From IMG/VR virus record IMGVR_UViG_3300020577_005824: a DNA stretch of 64,000 bases; one strand, written 5' to 3'. The notes under the pieces were generated by a model. That model worked only from the letters and a program-made list of their open reading frames with translations, was not told where the DNA came from and searched no databases. Numbering within the stretch: the stretch's first letter is position 1; every line of letters begins with the position of its first letter. The DNA comes from an uncultured virus (IMG/VR IMGVR_UViG_3300020577_005824) (taxonomy: Duplodnaviria; Heunggongvirae; Uroviricota; Caudoviricetes). The position numbers were made by a program, and so were the translations under genes. This document shows, in pieces, positions 38,401 to 47,663 of this stretch.

Positions 38401-39819
38401 AGCATAAGAAAATCTACGTCTACCAAAATGACGTTGGATAAGGAGGCGTTCAAGCTTATAAATGAAGAAACATATAAAGGAAAATCAAAGACTGAATTGA
38501 AAGATTTAGTTGAGAAGAAATACATCGGAACGCTTGAACGAGCTTATAAAAATAAAGTTGACGGAATAATCTCAGGCCCAGAATATACTAAGTACAGAAA
38601 CGAACTTAACGATATCGTAACCGGTAAATTATCTGAATACAGTGAAAAGAAAGTAAAAGGTGGTGGAACAGAAGGAGAAAGTCTTCGTAAGGGAGAATTA
38701 AAGGCTCAGGTGTCTGCTCTTGGTGAAAAAGTAAAAGAAAAATTACTTGGGCAAGGATTTAAAAACGTAGCATTATCATCTGCCATACCAATCAATCCAA
38801 AGATGATTGAAGACCTAGTAAATCTTACAGTTAAAGGCGTACACTTAGGAATCGACCTTGGATACGGTGTTAGAGAGGCTACCGACAGAGCCTTAAAAGC
38901 AATCAAAGCTCACCCTAAATACAAACAAGTTATTAACAGCGGAATGTTAGAAAAAGATTTTGCTAAATCTGTGAATGCTGAATTTTCAAAAGCTAAATCT
39001 ACCTACACTCCGCCAGTTGTTGTTGAAGAAAAAACACCTGAAAAGTCAGTAGAATCAACTAGTTCTGAAAAAAATACTGAATCTACAAGCGATTCATTGG
39101 TGTCGGAAAACAAAACTACCGAAAACACTGAAGTAAAAACACCTTCTGGAAATTCAGATAACTCAGAACTTGAAAGTGGTAAAGTAGGGACAAGGAAGAT
39201 TACAGAAAGACTTGAGGATAACAAAAAGTATGAGTCTATTTTGAATGCAATGTCAGAAGATGATAAAACATATAAAAAGATAACTTTAGAAAATGTAGCT
39301 AATTATGTTTCTGATAAGATAAAGGAATTTGAGTCAGCTAATAAATTTGATGATCTTGTAAATGACTTAATGAATGGTAATGTTAGTCAGTTTCCGGAAA
39401 TAACACTTCCTTATTTTTATTTTAAGATAGCTGATAAATTAAACTCTGCGGCCGAATTAGAGCAAAATGAATTTGTTAAAAGTCAGTTGCTAGATAAGGC
39501 GGCTGAACTATTAGCTAATCAGGGCAAAAAAGGAACTACTACAGGTCAGACAATGGCAGTCTTCTCAATGATTGCACAGGAAATGCCAACGTCAAGAGCT
39601 GGATTAAAATCATTTATAGGAAAGCAAATGAATAATGTGTCAGAGGCATCGATGTCTGAAAAAAATAAAGCGGAAAGGGATGCGGCTATAAAAGAATTGG
39701 TAGATTTGCAAGTAAAAGAAAAACTATCTGAGATTGCAGAAGGGACAAAAAGTAAGGAACAGGTGTCTAAAATAAAAACAAAACTATCTAGCCTTAAAAT
39801 AGATTTAAAAGATTGCTAA
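35432..39819 (+). CDS. large internal virion / ejection protein, probably via a -1 frameshift at A10 (35522-35531)
   Basis: ATG 35432 ORF stops after 50 aa; -1 frame open from 35524 to 39819; the track start at 35710 is TTG. Confidence 0.6.
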
Positions 39820-39820
39820 T

Positions 39821-42505
39821 ATGGGACCATGTAACATAAAATCAAGCGCTGAGGCTTGGAATTTCGGTGTAGATACATTCGAGAATGCTTTTTTGTCTAG
39901 CGGTAAAATGACAGAATCTCTTAATTATGCTATATCTGAAACACAAAAGAAATATCCTGAATTAAACTTTGATGTAAAGTCTTTCTCTGATCCAATTATA
40001 GAGGCAATGAAGGAGACTGGAGATATACCTAAGAATTATTATTACGGAGAAAAACAAACTGTCACTCAAAAAAAAATAGAATCTATTGCTTCAAAAATGG
40101 AAGGGTTAGATTCATCAGGAAAACAGAAATTCGCTAAACAGATATTCACAGAAGCTTTATCAAAAGGATACATTACAGAAGATGCCGTTAAAACAGCATA
40201 CGCTTCAGCGATGGGATTACCTACAATTACTCCAAAAGTAGAAGAATCTATAAACAAAATGGCTGATGCGAATAAAAAAGTTGATGACATAGAAGAGGAA
40301 AAGGTAAATAAAATAAAAGAGCTTCAGTCTTTAAAATCAGCCGACAAATTAAGCGAAGAAGAAAATATTAGAATTGACGAAGAGCTTAAAGATATTTATT
40401 CTCGTCAACAACAAGCTAAAGAAAATGCTCGTGTTGTAGCTAATGAATTAGCTCAGCAAATGGAACCATTATCATTTTGGGAACAAAGAATGTTTGCTCG
40501 AGCAAACATGAATTTAATGGGAATAAAAACCCTTATCAAAAACTTAACTGGAGGTATTGCTGATACCATGCTTAGGCAAATGGGTAATGTAGTAGGGTCA
40601 ACTATATCAACGGTCACGAGTGGAATTATGCGCAAAAATAATCCTTTACCATTTGGTAAACGAGCACTCGGAGGAATAGAATCAAGAAAAAAGATTTTAA
40701 AAAACGTATCCACTGCAATAAAAACAGGAGATACTACATACGATAAAAAATTACCTTCTTATAACCACATGAGCGTAGTTACAAAATTACGACAGGCTAC
40801 AGATGCAGCAGGAATTAATAAGATAAAATTATACGCCTCTGCTTTACTTAGGGTGTCTCCGGATGCTGTAGGTAGAACATTAGCTGCAACCGATCAGATA
40901 TTTAATTCGTCTGTTTACGAAGGTGAGCTTGCGAGTATAGCTGAATCAAAAGGATTGAAAGGAGCTGAAAAGACTGCATTCATAATTGATCCGGACGCTA
41001 AATCAAAAGAGTATGCTCAAAGAAAAGCAGACGAAGCTACATTCAAAGATAATAACTTTTTGTCTGAATCGTTTAGCTTCCTGAAGACTGACCCTATGAA
41101 GTTGTACGAGATACTTAGAAACAAGGTTAAGGATGACGGAACAAGAAGAATGTCTGATTTTCAAGCAAGAATGTTATCAAGCTTTACGCATGCATTAAGT
41201 GTAATAATTGTTCCATTCGTAAAAACACCAATAAACATTATGCGTCAATCAGTGAAGTATATTCTTCCAGAGGTTGAGTTGGCTAAAGATTTAATGGCTT
41301 CTAAAAACGAAACAGACCCAAATATGCGACAAAGAATAATATATGACGCTGTTGGTAAAGTTACTGTAGGAATAATGCTTAGAAACATAGCAATGAACAT
41401 GATTTCTCAGGGACTAATAACTGCAGGATTTAAAGACGACGATCCTGAATCTAAAGATACAATCGAATCAGTTAAACATGGCCCAAATAGAATAAATGCA
41501 TCAGCATTAATGAGGGCACTTGCATTTCAGGGCGTATATTCTAAAAAGAACGATACATGGGTTGAGTTAAGTGCTTTAGGAGTGCCTGGAATCGTATTCG
41601 GAACATACGCTCATTACATGTCAACAATGTCTGAAGAGGAAAAGAATGACGCTAAAATACCTAGCATTGGAGGAGAAGCAGAGTTATTCTTGTCTGAGTT
41701 TCAATCAGCATTAGATAACACATTCCTTTCTGGTACAAACCAAGCATTTGAAGCCATAAACGACAAAACAGGAAATAAGGGTCAGAAATTTAGCATAAAC
41801 GCATTAATGGTGATGATGGCAGGATTTGTTCCAGCTACAGCTCAAACTTTATCAACACAGTCTGACTCAAAAGTTAAGAAACAATTTGATCCAGACAAAG
41901 AATTTACCGAAAACTTATACTCTGCATTTGGATATAAATTTTTAGCTCAGTCAGAAGACTTGAAAAACAAGTATTTTAACTTGGCTTCTGAATCAAAATA
42001 TGGACCAAAGAAAAAAGATTATCTATACTTTGACAACTACTTAGGAAGAGTGCTTGAAGCGAACATAGATGTGTTTAAACCTGAGAAGGTAAACGAAGAT
42101 TCTCCGGAAAACAGATTGCTTATTGAAATGAGTAAAGCCGATGCTAACAATAAAGGCAAATTATTCCCTCCTGCAGTTGGAGAAAAGCAGTCATTTAAGG
42201 CTAAGATAGGTGGAAAAACACAATCTTTTAGCGTTCAGCTTACTGACGAACAGCATGAATACTTAATGCAACAAGCAGGAAAGTATAGATTAATGCAAGC
42301 GACTCCATATATCATGTCTGAGGACTTTAAATCTCAAAGCTTTGAAGTGAAGACGAAATTTTTGCAAGAAGGTCCTTATAAGGAAGGGTTAGAAATGGCT
42401 AAAAAAGATTTATTAGCAAACTTTCCAGAGGTTAAAACTCAACGCATCGAAGATAACTCAAAGGAGTCTAAGGATGAGATTAAAAAATTGAAGAAAAAAT
42501 ACTAG
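39821..42505 (+). CDS. large internal virion / ejection protein
   Basis: 894 aa; PFVKTPINI motif and hydrophobic segments typical of podoviral ejection proteins. Confidence 0.6.
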   Translation: MGPCNIKSSAEAWNFGVDTFENAFLSSGKMTESLNYAISETQKKYPELNFDVKSFSDPIIEAMKETGDIPKNYYYGEKQTVTQKKIESIASKMEGLDSSGKQKFAKQIFTEALSKGYITEDAVKTAYASAMGLPTITPKVEESINKMADANKKVDDIEEEKVNKIKELQSLKSADKLSEEENIRIDEELKDIYSRQQQAKENARVVANELAQQMEPLSFWEQRMFARANMNLMGIKTLIKNLTGGIADTMLRQMGNVVGSTISTVTSGIMRKNNPLPFGKRALGGIESRKKILKNVSTAIKTGDTTYDKKLPSYNHMSVVTKLRQATDAAGINKIKLYASALLRVSPDAVGRTLAATDQIFNSSVYEGELASIAESKGLKGAEKTAFIIDPDAKSKEYAQRKADEATFKDNNFLSESFSFLKTDPMKLYEILRNKVKDDGTRRMSDFQARMLSSFTHALSVIIVPFVKTPINIMRQSVKYILPEVELAKDLMASKNETDPNMRQRIIYDAVGKVTVGIMLRNIAMNMISQGLITAGFKDDDPESKDTIESVKHGPNRINASALMRALAFQGVYSKKNDTWVELSALGVPGIVFGTYAHYMSTMSEEEKNDAKIPSIGGEAELFLSEFQSALDNTFLSGTNQAFEAINDKTGNKGQKFSINALMVMMAGFVPATAQTLSTQSDSKVKKQFDPDKEFTENLYSAFGYKFLAQSEDLKNKYFNLASESKYGPKKKDYLYFDNYLGRVLEANIDVFKPEKVNEDSPENRLLIEMSKADANNKGKLFPPAVGEKQSFKAKIGGKTQSFSVQLTDEQHEYLMQQAGKYRLMQATPYIMSEDFKSQSFEVKTKFLQEGPYKEGLEMAKKDLLANFPEVKTQRIEDNSKESKDEIKKLKKKY

Positions 42506-42534
42506 AATAAATAAAAATTAATTACATTTGTCTT

Positions 42535-43092
42535 ATGAGTTTACGTTTATCAATATCCGCTACAGAACAAAAAAAATCATTGATAATTAATGATTGCACT
42601 GGTAAATACTCGTCTAATAATCAAGGTGGATTTGGAATACCAAATCCTAAAGTTTCTGAAATAGAAACATCCAAATTAGAAATAACAATTCCTTCAGGAG
42701 AAACTAAAACAATAACAATAAACGTTGGAGATTTTCCTAACGAAAAAGGCATTGGATACGAAATTATTCCTTATATGCTAGGAATGCAAGAGTTAGAAAG
42801 CGGTGAGTACAAAATAAAATTAGAGATATCAGGAACAGAGAAATCAGGAAAGCCATTTATAAAATCAGCATTAACTAGAGTATTTTTAACAAATACTGTT
42901 TCTTGTTGCGTTGACAAGCTTATATCTAAAAATATAGGTACTGAAAACGAAGAAAAGAAAAAAGAAATGGCTGAACTAAACAACTTGATTAATTCAATGA
43001 ATGAAAGCATACGTTGCGGAAGATACTCTACTACAAATAAAATAATAGGATATCTTAAAGAAAAGTGCAATTGTTGTAACTGTAAAAACTAA
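42535..43092 (+). CDS. Cys-rich structural protein
   Basis: CC and CNCCNC; TACATTTG 4 nt upstream of the ATG. Confidence 0.65.
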   Translation: MSLRLSISATEQKKSLIINDCTGKYSSNNQGGFGIPNPKVSEIETSKLEITIPSGETKTITINVGDFPNEKGIGYEIIPYMLGMQELESGEYKIKLEISGTEKSGKPFIKSALTRVFLTNTVSCCVDKLISKNIGTENEEKKKEMAELNNLINSMNESIRCGRYSTTNKIIGYLKEKCNCCNCKN

Positions 43093-43097
43093 TAAAT

Positions 43098-43565
43098 ATG
43101 TGTAAGAACGGATGCTGCAAGACTAAGTGCTGCATAAAAACTGTAAGTAAAACAGGACCAAGAGGACCTAAAGGAGCAACTGGAAAAACCGGTGCTACTG
43201 GACCAATTGGTCCTGGTGTAACAAGCTTTACTGCTATACCAGAAACAGCATATTCCACTGTTACAGATTTTCAATCACCTGCAGTTATAGAAGCTGGAGA
43301 TTACATCGTACAACTTGAATTAAATGCTGAGAAAGTAGGCGTTTCTGATATGTCATTTTATTCTGATTTAATAAAAAATGGGATAACTGAAACTCTTAAT
43401 GTTAATTATCATCACTTAAATAGAACTTCTGGAGTGAATTGTACGCACACTCATACAGCAAAAATAACATTGGCTATTGGTGATGTTGCTGGATACAAAT
43501 TAAGCATGAGTTCATCGGCTAAAATATTAAATGGCTCTATTGTATTATCTAAAATATCTAACTAA
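43098..43565 (+). CDS. collagen-like fibre protein
   Basis: Cys-rich N-terminus, GPRGPKGATGKTGATGPIGP, beta-rich C-terminus. Confidence 0.7.
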   Translation: MCKNGCCKTKCCIKTVSKTGPRGPKGATGKTGATGPIGPGVTSFTAIPETAYSTVTDFQSPAVIEAGDYIVQLELNAEKVGVSDMSFYSDLIKNGITETLNVNYHHLNRTSGVNCTHTHTAKITLAIGDVAGYKLSMSSSAKILNGSIVLSKISN

Positions 43566-43567
43566 TT

Positions 43568-44446
43568 ATGGGAAATTCATGTTGTGAAGAATCAAAATTA
43601 ATAGAACTAGAAAATAAAATAGCTGAACTGCAAGATTCAGTAGACACGCTTACAAATGCCGTAAAGGTATTTATGTGCGGAAATCCTATTTTATTAATAA
43701 CAAAAGAGAACGATATAAATCAGTTCGATGATAATGGATTAGGTTTTGGGTGTTGGGATGGATGGGCTATTTGTGATGGGAAAACACACATAAATCCATT
43801 TACAAAAAAACCATTTGCTACAGATAATTTCACGGATAGATTCATTGTTCAGGCAAAAGGACAATATGAAGTAGGTGATACTGGAGGATTAGACGAAGTA
43901 ATTTTAACTGTAAGTCAATTAGCTACTCATAATCACGGAGTAACAGACCCTGGTCATACTCACAACATATCAGACCCAGGACATTTACATGCTATAGACG
44001 ATGCAGGACACGTTCATCAAGCTGTAGCAGACCCTCATCATCACGAGGCTACATTGGCAATGGGACCACATGCTCATGGATACGTTGATCAATATCAGGA
44101 TGATGCAACTATTGGATTTATTACTGCTGGACCATTAGGAACCGTAGGATACCTTAACTCTAGTACACCTGGAGAAGTTACTATCGCCAGCGCATCAGAG
44201 ACACATGAAAACCTAGTTACTGATAACGGAAACGGAGGAAGTGCTACTGGATACACTGATAATGCTACACAACAAATAACTATAGACAATGCTGCTACCG
44301 GAATAGAAATAGTCAATGCATTGACAGGTATAACACAAACAGAATCATCTAACTCTAGTATTATAGTAAATAATGAAGGCGATAATGAGGCTCACGAAAA
44401 TAGACCTCCTTATTTTGCAGCTATTTATGTTGTAAAAATGTGGTAA
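43568..44446 (+). CDS. tail fibre protein with collar-like domain and HxH repeats
   Basis: GWAICDG, DRFIV, TGG...V.LT..QLATHNH, six HxH motifs, HENRPPY. Confidence 0.8.
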   Translation: MGNSCCEESKLIELENKIAELQDSVDTLTNAVKVFMCGNPILLITKENDINQFDDNGLGFGCWDGWAICDGKTHINPFTKKPFATDNFTDRFIVQAKGQYEVGDTGGLDEVILTVSQLATHNHGVTDPGHTHNISDPGHLHAIDDAGHVHQAVADPHHHEATLAMGPHAHGYVDQYQDDATIGFITAGPLGTVGYLNSSTPGEVTIASASETHENLVTDNGNGGSATGYTDNATQQITIDNAATGIEIVNALTGITQTESSNSSIIVNNEGDNEAHENRPPYFAAIYVVKMW

Positions 44447-44826
44447 TGAAAGATAATTGCTTGAAAGACATAATATGCGAAGCTAAATGTTGTGCGGTAG
44501 ATTACGCTGACGGAATTGTTGATGCATTGACATTCGAAAGAAGCGATAATAAAACTTCAGATTATAATATGTTAATGATGTATATTGATGTTCTTGAAAG
44601 AAATTATCCAGAGTATGTGTATGTTAAAGAAAAAATAGCATTAGTTCCCCAAAAAATAGATTTTTCTTCTTTGAATAAAGAAAATAATGTATTACATTTG
44701 GAGGTAAAAGAAGAGGTAGTTTGTAAGAAGGTTAAAATAGAGCCATGCCTCACAGATTCAGACTTAGATAAGATTATAGAACAGGTAAAAATATTCTGTT
44801 CTCAATGTGATTGCAACTGTAATTAA
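44440..44826 (+). CDS. Cys-rich hypothetical protein
   Basis: CEAKCC, CSQCDCNCN. Confidence 0.65.
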   Translation: MVMKDNCLKDIICEAKCCAVDYADGIVDALTFERSDNKTSDYNMLMMYIDVLERNYPEYVYVKEKIALVPQKIDFSSLNKENNVLHLEVKEEVVCKKVKIEPCLTDSDLDKIIEQVKIFCSQCDCNCN

Positions 44827-44837
44827 AACTATATATC

Positions 44838-45182
44838 ATGGCTACTGGAGGTAATACGTCAACTTATAACGATAATCAAGTTTACGCTAAATATTTACAA
44901 AAAAAATGCATAGAAGAGTCTACGGAGTGCTCTGATTGCAATGAAAATTCAAAATGTGATGACGAGTGTTCTTGTTGTCCTCCGGGTTTAGTTGCTGTTT
45001 ATGATGACAAAGGAAATCATAACGGATGCTTAACTCCTAATGACGCAGAAACATACCATGCAAGCACATTTACGTGTCAGGATGGATATGTTAAGCTTTA
45101 TAAGGCAGGAACACCGTCAGAATTTTTAGGATGTGTTTCAGAAGACACATTTGCAGATCTTTACACAACTGTTAACCCTTAA
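44838..45182 (+). CDS. Cys-rich hypothetical protein
   Basis: CSDC, CSCCPPG, two GC motifs. Confidence 0.65.
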   Translation: MATGGNTSTYNDNQVYAKYLQKKCIEESTECSDCNENSKCDDECSCCPPGLVAVYDDKGNHNGCLTPNDAETYHASTFTCQDGYVKLYKAGTPSEFLGCVSEDTFADLYTTVNP

Positions 45183-45193
45183 TAAATAATAAA

Positions 45194-45802
45194 ATGGGAG
45201 AAATTTTAGTATCATCAGAAGCAGCAATGCTTACGTCTTTGCCAAGCGCAGGACAAGTTAAAATGTTTATCAATACTGATAAAAACAATATTTTATATTA
45301 TGTAGATAGTGACGGAAACTTCTTTGTTTACAACGCGAACAATACATCTGAGCTAGAAGAATGCTGCTCTTGCATTATTGCTAAACAGTGGATGGACAGA
45401 ATCACTTGTGCTATGAAATCAGGAATGATTACAGCAACTGAATTTGGAACATTCGTAAATACAGGATTGACAGTAGTGGCTACAGGATCAATAGATCCTG
45501 ATACTGGAGTAAAAACATGCAGAGTAGACATTGGTCCAAAAACAAATGCTGCTGTTGAGTCAGTAACTATTAGTGGAGAAACAGAAAGAGCGTTAGTGGT
45601 TGGAAATACGTTACAGTTATCTGCTGCTATTCTTCCATCAACTGCCCCTCAAGGAGTTATATGGATATCAAGTAATCCTTTAAAAGCAGTTGTTTCTCAA
45701 AGCGGATTAGTTGTAGCGCTATCTACAGGAAGTGTAGTGATATATGCTTATTCCGCATCAGACGGAACTAAATTTGACGTTGTAATGTTAACGATTTCTT
45801 AA
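45194..45802 (+). CDS. Ig-like (Big_2) domain structural protein
   Basis: LVVGNTLQLSA..P.....V.W.SSNP..A.V...GLV.A...G. Confidence 0.8.
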   Translation: MGEILVSSEAAMLTSLPSAGQVKMFINTDKNNILYYVDSDGNFFVYNANNTSELEECCSCIIAKQWMDRITCAMKSGMITATEFGTFVNTGLTVVATGSIDPDTGVKTCRVDIGPKTNAAVESVTISGETERALVVGNTLQLSAAILPSTAPQGVIWISSNPLKAVVSQSGLVVALSTGSVVIYAYSASDGTKFDVVMLTIS

Positions 45803-45811
45803 AAATAGTTT

Positions 45812-46153
45812 ATGGCCGGAAAAGAAGGCGGACTATCAGCAAGCTTTTATATGCAAATTGCGTTACTTGCATCTATAGTAACATGTTCTATTGTTGGTTT
45901 CACGTATCTTGGAACGCTTATCGAAAACAAGATTGATAACAAAATAGCCCCTATAGTTAAGAAATTAAATGAACTGGAGTCAAAGGAGGAGGAAAATGCT
46001 AAGTGGATTGCAGAGAACTCAAAAGCAATAGACAATGTTACTGTTAGTGTAAACAGATTCATTGAATACTATAACAGAAAACACAACACTGAATTTTTAA
46101 GACCATCAGACATAACAACCGAATCAATTAGAGAATATAAAAGACACAGATAA
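45812..46153 (+). CDS. TM plus coiled-coil protein (holin/antiholin-like)
   Basis: N-terminal TM; precedes the lysin candidate. Confidence 0.5.
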   Translation: MAGKEGGLSASFYMQIALLASIVTCSIVGFTYLGTLIENKIDNKIAPIVKKLNELESKEEENAKWIAENSKAIDNVTVSVNRFIEYYNRKHNTEFLRPSDITTESIREYKRHR

Positions 46154-46785
46154 TGGAAATAACAATTCAGAAAATAAAAGACGTTTTATTCAAAAAAGGA
46201 TATAAGTGGATTGAAGAAAAACCACAAATTATTGGAATTAGAACCAATATTCAAGTTCCTGACGTTTTTAATGATATTATTTGCGTAGTTTATAAAGACA
46301 AACTTTTTGTTACAACCTGTACAACAGAGCCAGGAACCACATACCAAAAGAAACCATTGAACCCAAAAGGTTGCTGGGTGATGATGCCTAATCAAATGAT
46401 TGATGCTTACTCTCTAGGATATCATCAAGGGAAAGAAGACCACAGAGCTTTAAGAAGCACAGGTAAAATATTTGGATTACGAGAGAACGACAAAGATGGA
46501 ATCATACTTAATGATAAAGATGCCGTTTCTTCATGGGCTGACGGAACTACTATAGGAGCAAACATTCATGGCGCTAATAAAATGGGTGTAACTAAAACTG
46601 TAGGCCGTTGGTCAGCAGGATGTCAAGTCTTAGATCACTGGTCTAAAAAAGAAGAAATGATTGACATATTTGTTAATTTTGAGAAAACAAATAAATCGCT
46701 GTGGAAAAAAAATACAGAGTGGGTATTTGGTAAATCAGGAGTTTCATATACATACACATTATTAACCGAAAAAGATTTTCAGTAA
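46153..46785 (+). CDS. putative endolysin with YkuD/L,D-peptidase-like His-Cys motif
   Basis: GANIHGA...WSAGCQV; flanked by holin- and spanin-like genes. Confidence 0.6.
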   Translation: MEITIQKIKDVLFKKGYKWIEEKPQIIGIRTNIQVPDVFNDIICVVYKDKLFVTTCTTEPGTTYQKKPLNPKGCWVMMPNQMIDAYSLGYHQGKEDHRALRSTGKIFGLRENDKDGIILNDKDAVSSWADGTTIGANIHGANKMGVTKTVGRWSAGCQVLDHWSKKEEMIDIFVNFEKTNKSLWKKNTEWVFGKSGVSYTYTLLTEKDFQ

Positions 46786-47051
46786 TGAGCGACAAAAAAT
46801 ACATCACGCCATCAAATATATGGCATAGACTAATGGCTGAAGGCCCAACTTTCTTTAAGAAACTCAAAAGAATATTATTGGCCGTTGGAGCATTAGGCGC
46901 AGCTGTTATCGCAGCTCAATCCCAATACCCAGAACAATTATCATTCTTGCCATCTCAATTAGGTGGATACATGATAACTATCGGTCTTGCCGGAACATTT
47001 ATCGCGTCATTAACAGTTAATGATCCAAATAGCAATCCAAAAGTAGATTAA
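46785..47051 (+). CDS. putative holin
   Basis: 88 aa with two TM helices; PTFFKKLK. Confidence 0.7.
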   Translation: MSDKKYITPSNIWHRLMAEGPTFFKKLKRILLAVGALGAAVIAAQSQYPEQLSFLPSQLGGYMITIGLAGTFIASLTVNDPNSNPKVD

Positions 47052-47659
47052 TGAATAATAAATATCTATACCTGATAATTGTCATTCTTTTAGGATGCTT
47101 CTTGCTTCAATTTGGCTGCGAGAAAGATGCTCCTGAAGTAAAAACTGATTATTCTCATATTTATAAAAAAATTGAGAGTGATAGTTTGAAGATGGTAGAT
47201 TTTATGGGAAAGGCGTATCAGGACAGTTTACTTAAAATTGAATTTAAACGAAAAACGGACAGCATAACAAAAGTTGCAAATAGATTTATTAAACTATACT
47301 CAAATGCCTCAAAAATAGTATATACACAAATATCTGAAGGTGTATGCGATACTAACTCGGTAAAAATACTTGCTCACTATTGCGACAGCTCAATAGTGGC
47401 GCTTAAAGCTGAGTCTGCTCAAAAAGATACAACTATAAAGCGTCAGGATGATGAAAACTTGAATCTTAGGGATGCGTTAAAGTCATCTAACGACATGAAT
47501 GAAGCAACTAGACAAATATTAAAAGGCCAGGCTGACAACAACAAAGCTTTGAAGAAAGAATTAGAGACAGTAAAACGTAAAAATAAAATAAAAACAACAT
47601 TATTAATTATAGGTGATGTATTGAAAGATGCTTTACTTATATTTGCATTAAAAAAATAA
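47051..47659 (+). CDS. putative spanin
   Basis: N-terminal TM/lipobox (QFGC), long coiled coil, hydrophobic C-terminus. Confidence 0.55.
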   Translation: MNNKYLYLIIVILLGCFLLQFGCEKDAPEVKTDYSHIYKKIESDSLKMVDFMGKAYQDSLLKIEFKRKTDSITKVANRFIKLYSNASKIVYTQISEGVCDTNSVKILAHYCDSSIVALKAESAQKDTTIKRQDDENLNLRDALKSSNDMNEATRQILKGQADNNKALKKELETVKRKNKIKTTLLIIGDVLKDALLIFALKK

Positions 47660-47663
47660 AACC

